Part shown: positions 61,433 to 64,000 of the stretch, piece after piece | Position numbering within the stretch: the first letter of the stretch is position 1 | How the letters are laid out: each line of letters begins with the position of its first letter | NCBI GenBank assembly: GCA_030834985.1 | Contig: JAUQWV010000006.1 | Coordinates: 76,168-140,167 of the forward strand | From: Candidatus Dojkabacteria bacterium | GTDB taxonomy: Bacteria; Patescibacteriota; Dojkabacteria; J137 | DNA length: 64,000 nucleotides | Direction of reading: 5' to 3' | Notes under the pieces: model-generated | Databases searched by the model: none | What the model was told of the DNA's origin: nothing | The model's input: the letters and a program-made list of their open reading frames with translations, nothing else | Position numbers and translations under genes: made by a program

Positions 61433-62444
61433 TTCTAATGCTTCTTTTGTAAGCGCCTAAGTTTTTTATAGCTATTTCTAATCCTCTAGCTACACAAGTT
61501 AAAGGATCCTCCGCTACATATGTAGGAATTCCTATAGCTTTTGTTAGGAACTCATCGATACCTTTTAACATTGCAGTCCCGCCACTTAGAACCATACCAT
61601 TATCTATAATGTCGCTCATTAACTCTGGAGGTGTTTTTGCTAAAACTTTTTTTACCGAGTTAGCTATATTATCTAAAACTTCTCTGGTTGGTTCTACAAA
61701 CTCACCTGAGCCTATCTTAATAATATCTGGCTGCCCTGTTTTTGAGTTCTTTCCTTTGATCTCAATTTCAATAGGATTTTTAACCGGCATAGCTGAAGCA
61801 TATTTTATTTTTAGCTCCTCAGCTGTGACTTCACCAACAATAAGATTATGTTTCCGTTTTAAATAGTTAATAATTGCCTCGTTAATTACATCTCCTGCAC
61901 CTCTGTAAGATTCATATGCTACTACCCCATTTAACGATAAAACAGCTACTTCGGCAGTGCCGCCGCCGAGATTAACGATTAAGTTTCCAGTTGATTGATT
62001 AATTGGAAGCCCGGCACCGATGGCGGCGGCTACAGGCTCCGGTAAAATATATATTTTTCCGGCACCTACTGATGAAAGCGCCTGCGTTAGAGCACGCTCT
62101 TCTACCGAAGTTAATCCTGCAGGCGCTGCTACCATAACCTCAGGCTTTGCTAAAACAACGCCACCCAATACTTTCTTAAAAAACCTCTTTAGCAAAGCCT
62201 CTGCCAGCCTATAATTTGAAATTCCTCCATTCTTAAGCGGTCTTTTAGACTCTACTCCTTCTGGAACTTTGCCAAGCATTAATTTAGCATCTTCTCCTAT
62301 AGCTAAAACTTTCTTTTCTTTGGGAGAAATAGCAACTACTGTAGGTTCTTGTAAAACCACTCCCTTACCTTCGACTATCATCACACAATTTGCTGTACCA
62401 AAGTCGATTGCAATCTTCTGCGGAGTAAATAATTTGTTAATCAT
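61425..62444 (-). CDS. second MreB-family actin homologue (paralogue)
   Basis: IAIDFGTANCVMIV, NLGGGTAEVAV, LSGGTAMLKG. 339 aa. Convergent with the previous gene and overlapping it by 8 nt. Confidence 0.8.
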   Translation of the reverse strand: MINKLFTPQKIAIDFGTANCVMIVEGKGVVLQEPTVVAISPKEKKVLAIGEDAKLMLGKVPEGVESKRPLKNGGISNYRLAEALLKRFFKKVLGGVVLAKPEVMVAAPAGLTSVEERALTQALSSVGAGKIYILPEPVAAAIGAGLPINQSTGNLIVNLGGGTAEVAVLSLNGVVAYESYRGAGDVINEAIINYLKRKHNLIVGEVTAEELKIKYASAMPVKNPIEIEIKGKNSKTGQPDIIKIGSGEFVEPTREVLDNIANSVKKVLAKTPPELMSDIIDNGMVLSGGTAMLKGIDEFLTKAIGIPTYVAEDPLTCVARGLEIAIKNLGAYKRSIRIN

Positions 62445-62521
62445 TTTGAATGGCTTTAAAAAGAAACTTAGCTTATAATCACCTTAATTATAGCCTTAAT
62501 TTATACTTTTTAATTAAATTT

Positions 62522-63121
62522 ATGAAAACAGGATTACATCAAAGAACACTTGTGTTGATTAAGCCCGATGCTGTACAGCGAGGACTAATTGGCGAAATAT
62601 TATTAAGGTTTGAAAGAAAAGGTTTAAAGATAACAGCAATGAAAATGGCTTGGGCAGATAAAAAGATGGCTATGGATCACTATTTCTGGTCTAAAGAGGA
62701 AAAAGAAGCCAGCGGCAATAGAACAATTGCTGTTCGTGAAGAAAAAGGACTTTCAATTGAAAAAACTGCTATCGAATACGCCGAAATGACTCAAAAGAAA
62801 TTAATTGGTATGTTGATGGCTGGCCCTACAATTGCATTAGTAATCGAAGGAGCTCATGCAATTGAACATGTAAGAAAGGTTGTAGGCCACGGAAGCCCGT
62901 TAAATGCTGATGTCGGTACTATTAGAGCTGACTTCACAATTGATTCTTATATTGTTGCTGACGAAGCTGACCGTGCTGCAAGAAATCTTGTACACGCATC
63001 ATCCTCTATTGATGAAGCAGAAAGAGAAATTAAAGTATGGTTTAAAGAAGAAGAGATTTCTGATTATGAACTGGCCATTGAAAAAATATTGTACAGTAAG
63101 GATTGGGATGCAGCTGAATAA
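62522..63121 (+). CDS. ndk: nucleoside diphosphate kinase with ~50-aa internal insertion. The ORF-track start at 62450 is probably too far upstream.
   Basis: RTLVLIKPDAVQRGLIGEILLRFERKGLKI and the active-site His region NLVHASSS (equivalent to NxxHGSD). Confidence 0.7.
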   Translation: MKTGLHQRTLVLIKPDAVQRGLIGEILLRFERKGLKITAMKMAWADKKMAMDHYFWSKEEKEASGNRTIAVREEKGLSIEKTAIEYAEMTQKKLIGMLMAGPTIALVIEGAHAIEHVRKVVGHGSPLNADVGTIRADFTIDSYIVADEADRAARNLVHASSSIDEAEREIKVWFKEEEISDYELAIEKILYSKDWDAAE

Positions 63122-63125
63122 GAAT

Positions 63126-64000
63126 TTAAGACTCAACTAATTCAAGTAATTTTATATTCTTAACTATATTAAATAAACTTTCTAAAAGTTCAGATGGCTC
63201 GCCTACTTTAAAATGTTCACTATCTGTATGTCTGCCGCCCCTCTCTGGAAAGCTTACGATTACAGTATTTCTTTCCTTAGATGGTAAATGAAGTCCTAAA
63301 CTGCATTGAAATGAGTTAGCTAAAGCATAAAGATCCTTATCTTTGCCTTTTAGTGCTGTTGTCAAAGAATTATCATCTTCAATCAACTCTGCTTCACCAT
63401 AAGAGCTTTCAACTGCATCTAATATTGTAGATTTTATTTCTGGATCTACCTGTGAATAGTAATGATCTGCATTGTCAGGTTTAACTGAATACAAAAGACT
63501 GTCTTCTTCAATGATTCCTAATTCTCTACATAATGCTGCAAAAGTACCATATAAATCCCGAAGCTTATAATCTGATAAATTGCCCGGAGTAAAAGCCATA
63601 TAAATATTTCCATCATCAAAATATGCGTTTATAGTTAACCTAGCAAAATATGGTATTTCTTTAAAATAAGAGCTTAAAAACCTCTGAATTTCAGCGGAGG
63701 TATAGCCCTGTCTTTTTACATTTTTAAAAAGTATTGTTTTACTTTGCATAATTTCATTCACAACACCTCCGCGTAAAGTGCCTGTTGGTTCAAGACTTAT
63801 GGCCGCCGGTATGCTTATTCGTTTATAAAACTTCTTCTGACCGGGATTTGCAAGTTCTTCATCTGTTGAAATAGTCACTACCGGCGGCCCAACATTAGCC
63901 CTATAAAGTCTATAAAGCAATACAATAATTACTGCTACCTGAGTAAGCATGTCATTTGCTCCCCTGCCAAAAATATATTCGTTATTTTCACTATCTATTT
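63126..64000 (-). CDS. hypothetical protein, partial (frame open to the window edge; N-terminus lies outside the window)
   Basis: No minus-strand stop between 63951 and 64000. No motif recognised. Confidence 0.4.
   Translation of the reverse strand, partial: IDSENNEYIFGRGANDMLTQVAVIIVLLYRLYRANVGPPVVTISTDEELANPGQKKFYKRISIPAAISLEPTGTLRGGVVNEIMQSKTILFKNVKRQGYTSAEIQRFLSSYFKEIPYFARLTINAYFDDGNIYMAFTPGNLSDYKLRDLYGTFAALCRELGIIEEDSLLYSVKPDNADHYYSQVDPEIKSTILDAVESSYGEAELIEDDNSLTTALKGKDKDLYALANSFQCSLGLHLPSKERNTVIVSFPERGGRHTDSEHFKVGEPSELLESLFNIVKNIKLLELVES

Overview
This 64-kb window is AT-rich (about one-third GC by eye), compact and gene-dense. I call about 75 protein genes, 5 tRNAs and several intrinsic terminators. 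No rRNA, CRISPR array or transposase was recognised. The gene content suggests a Patescibacteria/CPR (Saccharibacteria-like) chromosome, though this is inference. The supporting traits are a minimal clamp-loader delta-prime, Lys-rich tails on ribosomal proteins, two MreB paralogues without mreCD, a complete type IV pilus/competence kit, and a fragmented comEC. Gene order on the plus strand starts recG (5' partial)-SPOUT MTase-rsmD-rpmF-nusB-rnc-rpsP. An 11-kb minus-strand type IV pilus operon follows: pilB-pilT-pilC-pilA-pilD-3 minor pilins-PilX-like-pilM-pilN-pilO. After that come a holB-like gene, gyrB-gyrA and a 680-bp structured non-coding gap. Next are ruvC/ruvA/ruvB + yebC, an LCP protein, tRNA-Leu, dnaB, rpmE-prfA, ctpA, the rpsF-ssb-rpsR operon, recR-ybaB-dnaX, rpsU and rseP-frr-tsf-rpsB. 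These are followed by topA-dprA-PBP2-mreB with a Thr-Tyr-Thr tRNA triplet. The window continues with rpmB, a TrmH-like MTase, cyclophilin, a split comEC, rpmG-tRNA-Trp-secE-nusG-rplK-rplA-rplJ-rplL and ends with a second mreB, ndk and a 3'-partial gene. The highlight sits directly downstream of rplL, where rpoBC normally lies (54777-61432). It is a five-gene cluster: a stand-alone 7TM membrane protein, an ATP-grasp ligase fused to a retropepsin-like DTGA protease domain, a GNAT-ATP-grasp fusion, a third RimK-like ATP-grasp, and a 702-aa HExxH metallopeptidase-like protein. I read this as an elaborated RimK-like/7TM/zincin peptide ligation-and-trimming system of unknown target. All calls come from reading the translations and DNA by eye. 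No database search was run.
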